64,000 nucleotides of DNA, from the NCBI GenBank assembly GCA_963752375.1, contig CAVVYF010000023.1:20472-84471 (forward strand), given 5' to 3'. The notes beneath the pieces were generated by a model. The model ran no database searches and was not told the origin of the DNA. It was given only the letters and a program-made list of their open reading frames with translations. A program made the translations under genes and the position numbers. How positions within the stretch are numbered: position 1 is the stretch's first letter; every line of letters begins with the position of its first letter. This stretch comes from Terriglobia bacterium (GTDB taxonomy: Bacteria > Acidobacteriota > Terriglobia > Terriglobales > Acidobacteriaceae). Positions 8,167 to 17,400 of the stretch are shown here, piece by piece.

Positions 8167-8319
8167 TCAAAACCAATCGCTGCGGTAGGCGATCCACCAG
8201 CTGGCATACGCGATGGGGATGGTTGCCACCAGCGCCCACCAGATGGGCAGGATGAAGTCCGCGGCCAGGCCCAGTATGGTGAACGCGCCCCAGAACACTT
8301 TTCTTTCCATATCGTTCAT
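8167..8319 (-). CDS. small 2-TM membrane protein, hypothetical
   Basis: MNDMERKVFWGAFTILGLAADFILPIWWALVATIPIAYASWWIAYRSDWF; the track ORF extends to 8367, the internal ATG at 8319 is preferred; divergent from lpxD. Confidence 0.35.
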   Translation of the reverse strand: MNDMERKVFWGAFTILGLAADFILPIWWALVATIPIAYASWWIAYRSDWF

Positions 8320-8374
8320 TATTCTAGACCCGGGCCAGCTTTCCTTTCCCTGATCAAACGTATACAAAGGTGCA

Positions 8375-9376
8375 ATGAAGCGGTCACTCCTTTCGATTGC
8401 TCAGGCGGTCCAGGCGCGGGTGGTGGGAGATGGCGCGGTCGAAGTGAGTGGAGTTGCCAGCATTTTGCAGGCAACGCCGGTGGACCTGGTGTTTGTCGAA
8501 GACGAAAAGAGCCTGCGGGCGGCGCTCGGCTCGCGGGCCGCAGCGGTCATTGCGGGTGAATTTGCTTCGGATTCAAAGGAAAAGAGTAACGGCAAGTCTC
8601 TGCTGATATGCAGGCATCCCAGGCTGGCGTTTGCCCGGGCCGCACAGCTTCTCTGTTCCGCGTCTGGTCGGCAGCAGGGGAGCCATCCCAGCGCGGTCGT
8701 GCATGCTTCGGCCCGGCTGGGCACCAAGGTGATCGTGGCCGAGCGAGCCGTCATTGGCCAGCAGGCCGAGGTCGGCGATCAGACCTGGATTGGGGCCGGC
8801 GCCGTAATTGGTGAAGGGGTTCATATCGGCAGGGATTGCCAGCTATATCCCAATGTCACCATCTACCCTGGCGCGCGACTCGGTGATCGCGTGATTGTTC
8901 ATGCCGGAGCCGTACTGGGCGCGGATGGTTTTGGCTATGTCCGCGACCCGGCCAGCGGGCGCTACGAGAAGTTTCCCCAGGTAGGGCGGCTTGAAATCGG
9001 AGATGACGTGGAGATCGGAGCCAACTCGACCATCGATCGGGGAGCGCTCGAAGTCACCCGCATCGGACGCGGCGCCAAGATCGATAATCTGGTGCACATC
9101 GGGCACAACTGCCAGATCGGGGAGGACGTAGTGATCGCGGCCCAGACCGGGCTCTCCGGCAGCATCGTGATCGAGAAGAATGTCGTGCTGGGCGGCCAGG
9201 TGGGCATCGGAGAGCACGCCCGGCTGGAAGAAGGTGTGATGCTGGGCGGGCAAGGCGGCGTTCTTCCCCACAAGGTACTGCGCGGCAAGGGCGTGGCTTT
9301 CTGGGGAACTCCGGCGCGCCCGGTGCGCGAATATCTGAAACAGCTGGCGGCTTTGGCAAGGCTGGCTCGGAAGTAG
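8375..9376 (+). CDS. lpxD: UDP-3-O-acylglucosamine N-acyltransferase
   Basis: 333 aa; N-terminal LpxD domain followed by a long left-handed beta-helix hexapeptide repeat region (IGDDVEIGANSTIDRGA...IDNLVHIGHNCQIGEDVVI...). Confidence 0.9.
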   Translation: MKRSLLSIAQAVQARVVGDGAVEVSGVASILQATPVDLVFVEDEKSLRAALGSRAAAVIAGEFASDSKEKSNGKSLLICRHPRLAFARAAQLLCSASGRQQGSHPSAVVHASARLGTKVIVAERAVIGQQAEVGDQTWIGAGAVIGEGVHIGRDCQLYPNVTIYPGARLGDRVIVHAGAVLGADGFGYVRDPASGRYEKFPQVGRLEIGDDVEIGANSTIDRGALEVTRIGRGAKIDNLVHIGHNCQIGEDVVIAAQTGLSGSIVIEKNVVLGGQVGIGEHARLEEGVMLGGQGGVLPHKVLRGKGVAFWGTPARPVREYLKQLAALARLARK

Positions 9377-9377
9377 T

Positions 9378-9488
9378 TGTTGGTCATTGGTTGGTCGTTG
9401 GTCTTTGGTCTTTGGTCGTTGGCCAAAAACGAATGCGCAAACGTCATTGGTGCAAGGGCCAACGACCACAGACCAACGACCAACGACG
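9378..9488. repeat. TTGGTCGTTGG-type long hairpin
   Basis: The left arm ends ...ggtcgttggtctttggtctttggtcgttggcc; the right arm ggccaacgaccacagaccaacgaccaacgacg pairs over about 30 bp with 2 mismatches. Related partial copies at 20258-20290 and 27590-27635. Confidence 0.85.
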
Positions 9489-9496
9489 AATTCCCC

Positions 9497-10121
9497 ATGG
9501 CTTTCATCGTGATCGGCGGACATTCGCGCAGCGTGGGCAAGACCAGCGTGGTCGCTGGGCTGATCGCTGCTTTGCCGGAATACAACTGGGCAGCGTTTAA
9601 GATCACACAATATGGGCACGGCGTTTGCTCGAAGGATGGGAATCCCTGTCACTGCGCCACCGACGATCACAGCTGGGCGATTTCTGAAGAACGTGATCGC
9701 TCCGGAGATTCCGATAGCTCGCGTTTTCTGGCGGCGGGAGCGGCCCGGGCATGGTGGGTGCGGACGGAGCAGGGATCGACTGGCGGAGGCCATGCCTACC
9801 ATCCGCCGCAAGCTGCAGGATGGTGAGAATGCGATTCTGGAATCAAACAGCATTCTCAAATTTTTGCGACCGGACCTCTACCTGACCGTGCTCGATCCTG
9901 CGACTGCGGATTTCAAGAAATCGGCTCAGGAGTTTCTCGACCGGGCCGATGCGGTCATCCTGCACGAAAGCTCAGGCGAGGTGCCAGCGTGGCGGGAGAC
10001 TTCGCTAAAACCGGTGTCGGGCTGCCCTACTTTTCGCATCTGTCCGCCCCGATACGTTACCTCTGAGATCATCGAATTTGTAAGGCTGAAATTAACCACG
10101 AAGAACACGGAGAAAACCTGA
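9497..10121 (+). pseudogene. MobB-like P-loop NTPase, interrupted by an apparent +1 frameshift near 9773-9782
   Basis: Frame 1: MAFIVIGGHSRSVGKTSVVAGLIAAL...AARAWWVRTEQG, then stop at 9826. Frame +1 continues sensibly: RLAEAMPTIRRKLQDGENAILESNSILKFLRPDLYLTVLDP...ADAVILHE. Confidence 0.5.
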
Positions 10122-10160
10122 GCGATTGATCTCTGTGTCCTCAGTGTCCTCCGTGGTTAT
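10092..10160. repeat. CACGAAGG/CACGGAG-type inverted repeat
   Basis: ttaaccacgaagaacacggag ... ctctgtgtcctcagtgtcctccgtggttat; overlaps the last 10 codons and the stop of the upstream ORF. Confidence 0.8.
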
Positions 10161-10169
10161 CTTGTAATT

Positions 10170-10520
10170 ATGACAGCGCCCATCAAGCCGGCAGTTTCAC
10201 TCGAAGTCCTGAATCAGGTTGATGTTCGGGTGGGAACGATCCTCGCAGTGAACGATATTTCCGGCTCCGACAAACTGGTCCAGTTGCGCGTGAGCTTCGG
10301 CGATCACGAGCGCACCATCGTCGCCGGAATGAAAACGGAGCGCGCCGACCCGCAGGAAATTGTGGGCAAGCAGGCGCTCTTCGTAGTGAACCTGGAGGCG
10401 CGCAAGATGCGAGGCGTGGTATCGGAAGGCATGCTCTTCGATATCGGCTACGCCGACGGGGTGCGTCCGGTTCTGGCCACACCGGAGAGTCCGGTACCGG
10501 ATGGCACCAGGGCGGGTTAG
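10170..10520 (+). CDS. tRNA-binding domain protein (CsaA/Trbp111-like)
   Basis: 116 aa; LDVRVGTILAV...KLVQLRVSFGD..RTIVAG...LVGKQALFVVNLEARKMRGVVSEGML is the EMAP/CsaA OB-fold pattern. Confidence 0.85.
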   Translation: MTAPIKPAVSLEVLNQVDVRVGTILAVNDISGSDKLVQLRVSFGDHERTIVAGMKTERADPQEIVGKQALFVVNLEARKMRGVVSEGMLFDIGYADGVRPVLATPESPVPDGTRAG

Positions 10521-11389
10521 GATCCGGGCGAGTGCGCGAGTTCCCACACTTTCGCGTATTTCCAGGAAACGTAAACCGCGTGACAGAGGTGCAGCAGCAG
10601 TCCTTCGCGTCCGTCCAGAAAGCCGAGCCGGAAAAAGTAGTTATAGATGAAGGTCATCAGCGGACGCACTGCGATATTTATGACGCTGAATCCCGTCCGT
10701 CCCTCGGCGACCGCCATTTCTGCCCCCAGGGAGGAATAGCGGTTCATGTGGGCGATATAGTCGGAGACCGTGGGATAACAATGGTGGAGGAGAGCGCCCT
10801 GCTTGAGAGTAGCGGTTGCGCCGCTGACCTGAAGCGTCTCGTGCACGGCGCGGTCGTCGAAGCGCCCGCAGCCACGACGAAAGAGGCGCAGCTTGGGGTC
10901 GGGCCAGAAGCCTCCATGTTTGATCCACCGGCCGAGGAATTCATTCTTGCGGCGGATCCAAATCCCTGCGACTGTCTGCCCGCCTTTTACAGCGATGCAA
11001 TCTGCTAACTCGGCCTGGGCATCCTGCGTCATGAAGGGATGAGCATCGGGATTACGCTGTAGTGCCTCCACTCGTTCCAGGCTCTCCAGCGCGGTGGCAA
11101 TTGCGTGCTGCAGTTGGGCGTCCACTTCCTCGTCCGCATCCAGACTCAGGATCCAGTCGCCGGTGGCTTTCTCTATCGCGGAATTCTTTTGCGCGGCATA
11201 GCCTTTCCAGGCTTCGACGAAGACTTTCGCTCCAAACGACTTCGCAATTTCCACGGTCCGGTCTGTGGAACCCGAATCCACCACAATGATCTCGCCCTGC
11301 CCATCGCGCACCAGGGGCCGCACGCTCTCCAGGGTGCGCGCCAGATTGGCCTCTTCGTTACAGGTGATCAAAACCACGGAGAACTTCAC
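10517..11389 (-). CDS. family 2 glycosyltransferase (LPS core type)
   Basis: FSVVLITCNEEANLARTLESV...IIVVDSGSTDRTVEIA...LSLDADEEV. Start set at GTG 11389 because the upstream part of the track ORF is translated repeat sequence. Confidence 0.85.
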   Translation of the reverse strand: MKFSVVLITCNEEANLARTLESVRPLVRDGQGEIIVVDSGSTDRTVEIAKSFGAKVFVEAWKGYAAQKNSAIEKATGDWILSLDADEEVDAQLQHAIATALESLERVEALQRNPDAHPFMTQDAQAELADCIAVKGGQTVAGIWIRRKNEFLGRWIKHGGFWPDPKLRLFRRGCGRFDDRAVHETLQVSGATATLKQGALLHHCYPTVSDYIAHMNRYSSLGAEMAVAEGRTGFSVINIAVRPLMTFIYNYFFRLGFLDGREGLLLHLCHAVYVSWKYAKVWELAHSPGS

Positions 11390-11445
11390 GCGGAGAGGAT
11401 AAACCGTAAGACCGCAGGGGCGGAATGCCCGCAGGGGTACAAAGA

Positions 11446-11489
11446 GTGTGGGTCGGACACTCCCTTCGAAGGGAGTGTCTGACCCACAC
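11446..11489. repeat. solo hairpin of the gtgtgggtcggacac family
   Basis: gtgtgggtcggacactccc-ttcgaa-gggagtgtctgacccacac; lies between the TolC-like stop and the GT2 start. Confidence 0.85.
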
Positions 11490-11495
11490 AAACAA

Positions 11496-13541
11496 CTACT
11501 GCGGCGGAGCCTGCGGCGGCATCACCGACTGCGGCACGTCCGGTCTCGCGGACACAAAGGGAACCGAGGGCATCTGCGTCACTTCGCCGCGTTCGGCGTC
11601 AGCCAGCAGGATGTTCGCGTGTTCCAGCAGAAGTCCAGTGGCGCGATCCAGTTCCAGCCGGGCTTTTTCATAAGCCGCCATGGCCGATACCAGTGTGGAC
11701 TCGGCCTGGGCCAGGGCGCTGCGGTTCTGCAGCACCAGCGTGGTGGTGGAAGCCCCCAGGGCATACTTCTTCTGTTCGGCATCCAGCGACTGGCGGCCCA
11801 GGTCAACCGCCGCCTGCGCGGAAGATACACTGGCCCGGTTCTCCTGTACCGCAAACTGGGCGTTGCGTATTTCGATGCGCACCTGGTTCTCCAACTGCTG
11901 CAATCGCATCTGCGCCTGACGGTATTCCAGCTCCGACCGGATCTGGGTGGCCTGCGCCACCCGGTTCCTCAGCGGTATGGTCAGCTGCAGTCCGACGCCT
12001 TTATCCGGAGCGGTGGAATTGACCAACTGGTTGAGCGTACTGCCATAGCTCACCGGCATCACTGGGTTGGCCGAGCATCCAAAGGGCTGTTGCTGTGGAG
12101 GCGGCGGACACAGGTTGGATGCATTCTGCGCCCCGCCTAGTCCCGATCCGCCGTAGTAGCCGTAAAGATCCAGAGAGGGCAGCAGTGAACTGCGCACCGA
12201 CTTCATGCTGATCTCCTGGTTCTTCAGGCTGATGCGGGCCTCCGCCAGTTCACCGCGACGGCTCAGCGCTTCGTTTACCAGGTCCTGCGTCGGAACCACC
12301 GGTTCCTGTGCAGGCAACTGCATGATGGAAGTCGGAATTACCTCGGCATCCGCCAGCCTGGGATCCACCAGGGTGCGGCTGAGGGCATTCTTCATGAGCA
12401 GTTGCTGCAGTTGCAGGTTGGTTTGTGCCAGAGTGAGTTGCTGTTGATCGCTGGCCACCGTGCTCTGCGCCCGCACCGTTTCGATGGGAGCCAGAGTGCC
12501 GATTTCCACCTGCTTCTGCGTGTCGGAAAGCGTCTTCTGCGCGAAACTCAGGGACTCGTTCTGCACCCTCACGTTTTCGTACGCGTACACCAGGTCCCAA
12601 TAAATGTTCTCGATCTGGTCCACGGTGCTGACAATTTGCAAGCGAAAGGCCACGTCGGAAATCTCGCGGTTATTTTTTGCGATGCGGATGAAGCGCGTGT
12701 TGGGCGCGAAGCCAAAGCCCTGCAGCAGGTGCTGGGTAAACCGCGCCTGAAAGTTGGAGCCTAACGTTGGACTTAACGTGGCAAATGTCGAATTCGTGGT
12801 AGAGCGAGTGTTATTGAATCCCACTTGCAGGTTCGAGCCCCACTTGAAGCCCTGTAGATAGGAAAAATCCGCGGTGGTGGAGTTCTGGATGGTGCTGGGC
12901 AGGGCAAAAGTGCTGGCTGACAGAATATTGTTGTGATCGAACTGCAACGAACCGGTGACCACCGGATCGAAGCTGGTGATCTGCGGCCCGCTGCCCAGAG
13001 TGCTGGTGACCAGACCCGACGCGCCTCCGCCGGCGCCTGCGGTTCCGCTCACGCTGGTGCCGCCCGGGCCGGAGCCGATGGTCCCGCCCAATCCGCCCGA
13101 GCTGCCTCCGGGTGTGCCCTGCAGCAGGCCCAGGCTTACGCCCAGCGTGTTGGCGCCTGCGTTGGCGCGCAGGACGTCGGTGTCCGCGATGTTAAGGTTG
13201 TAGCGGGAAATGGCGATGTCCAGATTATTTTCCAGAGCGAGCGCCACCGCGTCGTTCATCGACAGATAGAGCTTGCCATCCCGCAACAACTGTTCGATCC
13301 GGGGCGTATTGAGCAGGTCCGCCGGCGGCAGATGCCGCGGCATGTAAGGCGCCACCGGATTGGGGAAGTGCGAGTTGGGCTTCGAATAATCCTTCACTGC
13401 CAGCCGCTGCGGCCGCGGGCTGTCGGGTAAGGCTGCGGCCGGCTGGCTCGCGGTCTGGGCCCAACTCATGGCGGTTAATGTACCGGCGAGGACGACCACA
13501 AGGGTCCGCCGAAAGGCGCATTGCAATGCCGACAAAAACAT
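11496..13541 (-). CDS. TolC-family outer membrane efflux protein
   Basis: Start at ATG 13541 (GGGAGAG RBS; signal peptide MFLSALQCAFRRTLVVVLAGTLTAMSWAQ). Two repeated OEP halves (LSMNDAVALALENNLDI..., QAQMRLQQLENQVRIEIRNA...). Confidence 0.85.
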   Translation of the reverse strand: MFLSALQCAFRRTLVVVLAGTLTAMSWAQTASQPAAALPDSPRPQRLAVKDYSKPNSHFPNPVAPYMPRHLPPADLLNTPRIEQLLRDGKLYLSMNDAVALALENNLDIAISRYNLNIADTDVLRANAGANTLGVSLGLLQGTPGGSSGGLGGTIGSGPGGTSVSGTAGAGGGASGLVTSTLGSGPQITSFDPVVTGSLQFDHNNILSASTFALPSTIQNSTTADFSYLQGFKWGSNLQVGFNNTRSTTNSTFATLSPTLGSNFQARFTQHLLQGFGFAPNTRFIRIAKNNREISDVAFRLQIVSTVDQIENIYWDLVYAYENVRVQNESLSFAQKTLSDTQKQVEIGTLAPIETVRAQSTVASDQQQLTLAQTNLQLQQLLMKNALSRTLVDPRLADAEVIPTSIMQLPAQEPVVPTQDLVNEALSRRGELAEARISLKNQEISMKSVRSSLLPSLDLYGYYGGSGLGGAQNASNLCPPPPQQQPFGCSANPVMPVSYGSTLNQLVNSTAPDKGVGLQLTIPLRNRVAQATQIRSELEYRQAQMRLQQLENQVRIEIRNAQFAVQENRASVSSAQAAVDLGRQSLDAEQKKYALGASTTTLVLQNRSALAQAESTLVSAMAAYEKARLELDRATGLLLEHANILLADAERGEVTQMPSVPFVSARPDVPQSVMPPQAPPQ

Positions 13542-13815
13542 TCGATTCTCTCCCTGCACGAGCTGATGGTGAAGAGCGCTAAGGCTTCTGGAAATCAAGC
13601 GATGGTACGCACAATACGGGCGCGAAGTTTCAATTTTGTACTGGCCTGCGCCATTTCTGCTTTTCGTTCCCGGATCATGAGATTTGAATGAAATAGTATA
13701 GCTGACGCTGCCGCCTCGACCTGAAGCCACAAGCCGGCGCCAGGGTAAAACTTTGTAAAGATTTTCAACCGGATTGGATGATAATCGCCGGCAGGAAGAC
13801 TCCAAAACAATCGCC

Positions 13816-14565
13816 ATGCGCAATCTCAAATTGGTCCTGGCCTACGATGGCACGGAGTTTTCCGGATGGCAGGTGCAGCCCGAGGCCGCCACCATCCAGG
13901 GGGCTTTGGCTTCAGCTATTGGACGAGTCACGGGCGAAAAAGTCCTGCCCCAGGGTTCGGGACGCACCGATGCCGGCGTGCACGCGCTCGGCCAGGTGGC
14001 AAGCTTCGTCACCCAATCGCCCATCCCGCCCGAGAACCTGGTGGGCGCGCTGAACGACATTCTGCCGCCCGCCATCCGGGTGCTCGAAGCCGCCGAGGCC
14101 CCGGCCGAATTTCACGCCCGCAAGTCCGCCCGGGCCAAGACGTACCGCTACCGCATCTATCGCGGCGCCATCTGCCCGCCTTTCCTGGCAAGGTATGTGT
14201 GGCACTATCCCTATCCTTTGGACGAAGATCAGATGCGGGAGATAGCGCCGCTGACCGTGGGCGAGCACGATTTCACCTCCTTTGCCGCGGTTGACCCGGA
14301 GCGGGGAAACGAGGGCGGCTCCTCGAACATCCGGCAGATTTTTTGTTCACGCTGGGAGCGGCAGGCTGATGAATTCATCTACACTGTGCGAGGCAATGGC
14401 TTTCTCCACCATATGGTTCGCAACCTGGTAGGGACATTTCTGCTGGCGGGCAAAGGGACTCTGAAAGCTTCGGATCTGCTGCGGATCATCGGAGCGCGTT
14501 CGCGCTCAACGGCTGGGGCCACCGCGCCCGCCAGCGGCCTGTGCCTGGTGAGCGTCGAGTATTGA
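13816..14565 (+). CDS. truA: tRNA pseudouridine(38-40) synthase
   Basis: MRNLKLVLAYDGTEFSGWQVQP...GSGRTDAGVHALGQVASF...YRYRI...GNGFLHHMVRNLVG; canonical TruA. Confidence 0.9.
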   Translation: MRNLKLVLAYDGTEFSGWQVQPEAATIQGALASAIGRVTGEKVLPQGSGRTDAGVHALGQVASFVTQSPIPPENLVGALNDILPPAIRVLEAAEAPAEFHARKSARAKTYRYRIYRGAICPPFLARYVWHYPYPLDEDQMREIAPLTVGEHDFTSFAAVDPERGNEGGSSNIRQIFCSRWERQADEFIYTVRGNGFLHHMVRNLVGTFLLAGKGTLKASDLLRIIGARSRSTAGATAPASGLCLVSVEY

Positions 14566-14663
14566 CGCCGGGTCCAACCGGCGCCAGTGTGGCCGGAGCG
14601 AGTGTGGTCGCGGACGACTCGCCCGCGGCTTTTAGGAGAGATTCAAAAGCTGACGGTTTCTGA

Positions 14664-16229
14664 TTGCTGACCGATCTCCAAATCGCCGTTCGCAAGATAG
14701 CCTCGACCAATCCCGCGACGGGTGAAGTTCTGCGCGAATTCGGATGCGCATCCGAGGCCGAAGTCCAGGCCGCGGTCGTCCGCGCCCATGCCGCGCGGCC
14801 TGCCTGGGCTGGATTGGGCGTGCGCCGGAGAATAGCGGTCCTGCGTGAGTTTCAGGGCCGACTGCACCATAGAAAATCGGAAGTCGCGAAGCTGGTTACC
14901 CGCGAAGCCGGCAAGCCGTACGTGGAGGCGCTGCTTACCGAAGTCCTGGTGGTGCTCGACGCCGCGCGCTTCCTGATCGACAACGCCTACCAGTTGCTGC
15001 GCGACGAACCGGTCCCGCACGGCAATCCAGCCATGAAGACCAAATCCGGGCGCCTGGTGCGGGAGCCCTATGGCGTGATTGGAATCATCTCTCCATGGAA
15101 TTATCCTTTTTCGATTCCTGCCACGGAGAGCCTGGCTGCGCTGGTCGCGGGCAATGCGGTCGTGCTGAAGCCCTCGGAGTTCACCCCGCTCACCGCAATG
15201 GAGCTGGCAACGCTGCTGCATCAGGCGGGCGTACCTGAGGAAGTTTTTCAGGTCGTGCTGGGCGATGGCGTAACCGGGGCCGCCCTGGTCAACTCTGCCC
15301 TGGACAAAATCGTCTTCACCGGAAGCGTGCCCACCGGAAGGCGGATCGCGCAGTGCGCGGCGGCGCGCTTGCTCCCGGTTGTGCTTGAGTTGGGCGGCAA
15401 GGATCCCATGCTGGTGCTCGACGATGCCGACCTCGAAATCGCCTCCCGGGGCGCGGTCTGGGGCGCATTCGTCAACGCCGGACAAGCCTGTCTTTCTGTC
15501 GAGCGTTGCTATGTGCATCGCAAGCTGTATGAACCATTCCTCGCGGCCTGCGTGCGCCACACCCGGGAGTTGCGAGTGGGCAACGGAATGGATCCCGGGA
15601 CGGACGTCGGTCCTCTGATCCACCCGCGCCAGTTGCTGCATGTGGAAGCGCAGGTGGAAGAGTCACGGGCGCAGGGAGCGCGCCTGCTGGCGGGTGGAAA
15701 ACGTCTGCCGGAAATCGGAGCGAACTATTACGCGCCCACGGTGCTGGCGGATGTCACTCACCAGATGCGCATCATGCGTGAGGAAACCTTCGGTCCGGTG
15801 TTGCCGGTGATGCCCTTCGACAGCGACGACGAGGCCGTCCGCCTGGCCAACGATTCGGAATACGGCCTGGCGGCCAGCGTCTGGACCCGCAACCGTGCAC
15901 GTGGGGAAGCGCTGGCGAGACGCATCCAGGCGGGAACGGTCATGGTGAACGATGCCGTCTCCTGCTTCGGCATCAGTGAAGCTCCCCACGGCGGAGTGAA
16001 GGCCAGCGGCATAGGACGGTCGCACGGCCGATTTGGCCTGGAAGAAATGGTGCGCATAAAATACCTCGACTCCGACCGCTTGCCAGGAATGAAAAAGATC
16101 TGGTGGTACCGCTACGGCAGCGCCTTCACGCGCCAGATGGAAGGCATGCTCGATGCCCAGTTCGCCCGCGGCATCGGTCAGCGGCTCCGCGGTGCAGTGA
16201 GAGCACTGAAAGGCAAGAAGCGCGAGTAG
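14664..16229 (+). CDS. NAD(P)-dependent aldehyde dehydrogenase
   Basis: 521 aa; VLELGGKDP and NAGQACLSVERC catalytic motifs; TTG start, so the start is uncertain. Confidence 0.9.
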   Translation: MLTDLQIAVRKIASTNPATGEVLREFGCASEAEVQAAVVRAHAARPAWAGLGVRRRIAVLREFQGRLHHRKSEVAKLVTREAGKPYVEALLTEVLVVLDAARFLIDNAYQLLRDEPVPHGNPAMKTKSGRLVREPYGVIGIISPWNYPFSIPATESLAALVAGNAVVLKPSEFTPLTAMELATLLHQAGVPEEVFQVVLGDGVTGAALVNSALDKIVFTGSVPTGRRIAQCAAARLLPVVLELGGKDPMLVLDDADLEIASRGAVWGAFVNAGQACLSVERCYVHRKLYEPFLAACVRHTRELRVGNGMDPGTDVGPLIHPRQLLHVEAQVEESRAQGARLLAGGKRLPEIGANYYAPTVLADVTHQMRIMREETFGPVLPVMPFDSDDEAVRLANDSEYGLAASVWTRNRARGEALARRIQAGTVMVNDAVSCFGISEAPHGGVKASGIGRSHGRFGLEEMVRIKYLDSDRLPGMKKIWWYRYGSAFTRQMEGMLDAQFARGIGQRLRGAVRALKGKKRE

Positions 16230-16230
16230 T

Positions 16231-16373
16231 GTGTGCGGGTCGGACACTCTTGTCCGACGCTTTTGAAGTTGATTTTGTTGTCTGGATCTTTGGTTGCCTG
16301 TACGCTCACGCACTGGGCTTTAGGAGTCAGAGACAAAGTCAAAGGCGTCGGACAGGAGTGTCCGACCCGCACA
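16231..16373. repeat. MITE-like element, copy B
   Basis: gtgtgcgggtcggacactcttgtccgacgc... ...gtcaaaggcgtcggacaggagtgtccgacccgcac; starts 2 nt after the ALDH stop. Confidence 0.9.
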
Positions 16374-16401
16374 GGACCACACAGGATGAAGGGAAAACTC
16401 G

Positions 16402-16890
16402 ATGACTCCAGATTCTGATCCAAAACGCGATCTCCTGCGCCACACCGTGGCCACGCTCGCCTACCGCGGAGGCAAGGCTGTCCGCAACGCTCCCGCCGGG
16501 TTTGCCGAGTTTCGCGGCTGCCCGTCCGGCCGCACCGCGGGGCAAATCCTGGCCCACCTCGGCGACCTGCTCGATTGGGGACTCTCCATCGCACAAGGCA
16601 AGCAGAGTTGGAAGAATTCCGAGCCCCTGCCCTGGGACAAGGAAGCAGACCGCTTCTTTGCCGCACTGAAGAACTTCGACGATTACCTGGCTTCGACCGA
16701 GCCGCTGCAGGTTCCGGCAGAAAAGCTTTTTCAGGGCCCCGTGGCGGATGCCCTGACCCATGTGGGACAGATCGCGATGCTGCGGCGCATGGCCGGCGGT
16801 CCGGTCAAAGGCGAGAATTACTTCGTCGCCGAAATTGTCTCTGGCTGCGTGGGGCCGCAGCAGTCTGCGCCCCGAGGAGAGTTCGATTGA
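16402..16890 (+). CDS. DinB-superfamily protein (putative)
   Basis: 162 aa; helical-bundle pattern with spaced His residues (LLRHTVATLAYR, ILAHLGDLL, ALTHVGQIAMLRR). Confidence 0.6.
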   Translation: MTPDSDPKRDLLRHTVATLAYRGGKAVRNAPAGFAEFRGCPSGRTAGQILAHLGDLLDWGLSIAQGKQSWKNSEPLPWDKEADRFFAALKNFDDYLASTEPLQVPAEKLFQGPVADALTHVGQIAMLRRMAGGPVKGENYFVAEIVSGCVGPQQSAPRGEFD

Positions 16891-16968
16891 GAAGGTGCGG
16901 CGAAACGCCTTCAAGTAAAATAAAACGGTAAATCCGGCGGCGTTTTGCCGCAGCGACGAGGATAGCCC

Positions 16969-17292
16969 TTGGCCACCGAAACCGCGACTGCTCCTCCGCA
17001 ACTTCCCCATCACAAAGTGAAGATCAAGAAGCCGGGACAGCGTTCCTGCAACGAAAACAACGCCAAGGGGAAGTTCTGCGGCGGACACCTGAAGCGCTGG
17101 TTCTACACCACGGATGTTGTCGAACAGGCCTGTGGTGACGCCGAGCAGGCCTGGGGAGCGGATGCCGAAGTCTATCGCTGCGAGCATTGCAAAACGCTGT
17201 ACCTGCCGAATGTGGAGGGCATGCGCGGGCTGAACGTGGCCGGGCAGGGACAGACTTCGATTTTTGGGTTGACGGTGGCGCCGAAAAAATAG
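16969..17292 (+). CDS. Cys-rich hypothetical protein
   Basis: 107 aa with a TTG start; SCNENNAKGKFCGGH ... YRCEHCKTLY suggests a zinc ribbon; no family recognised. Confidence 0.45.
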   Translation: MATETATAPPQLPHHKVKIKKPGQRSCNENNAKGKFCGGHLKRWFYTTDVVEQACGDAEQAWGADAEVYRCEHCKTLYLPNVEGMRGLNVAGQGQTSIFGLTVAPKK

Positions 17293-17400
17293 TGGCCCCC
17301 GAACGGGCTTGTGGTTCGATGGAATGGCCGGGTTTCACCCGGCAGGACAGCCGGGGCGGCTGTCCCCACGTGGGCGCGGATTAGTCTCCTGAAATCCCCT

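Noticed and set aside
13595-13810. 71-aa minus-strand ORF in the TolC-truA divergent region
   Set aside because: It lies in an AT-rich promoter-like spacer, has no RBS or recognisable features, and overlaps the likely truA promoter.
14643-15641. 332-aa minus-strand ORF
   Set aside because: Antisense to the clearly recognisable aldehyde dehydrogenase, with shadow-ORF composition.
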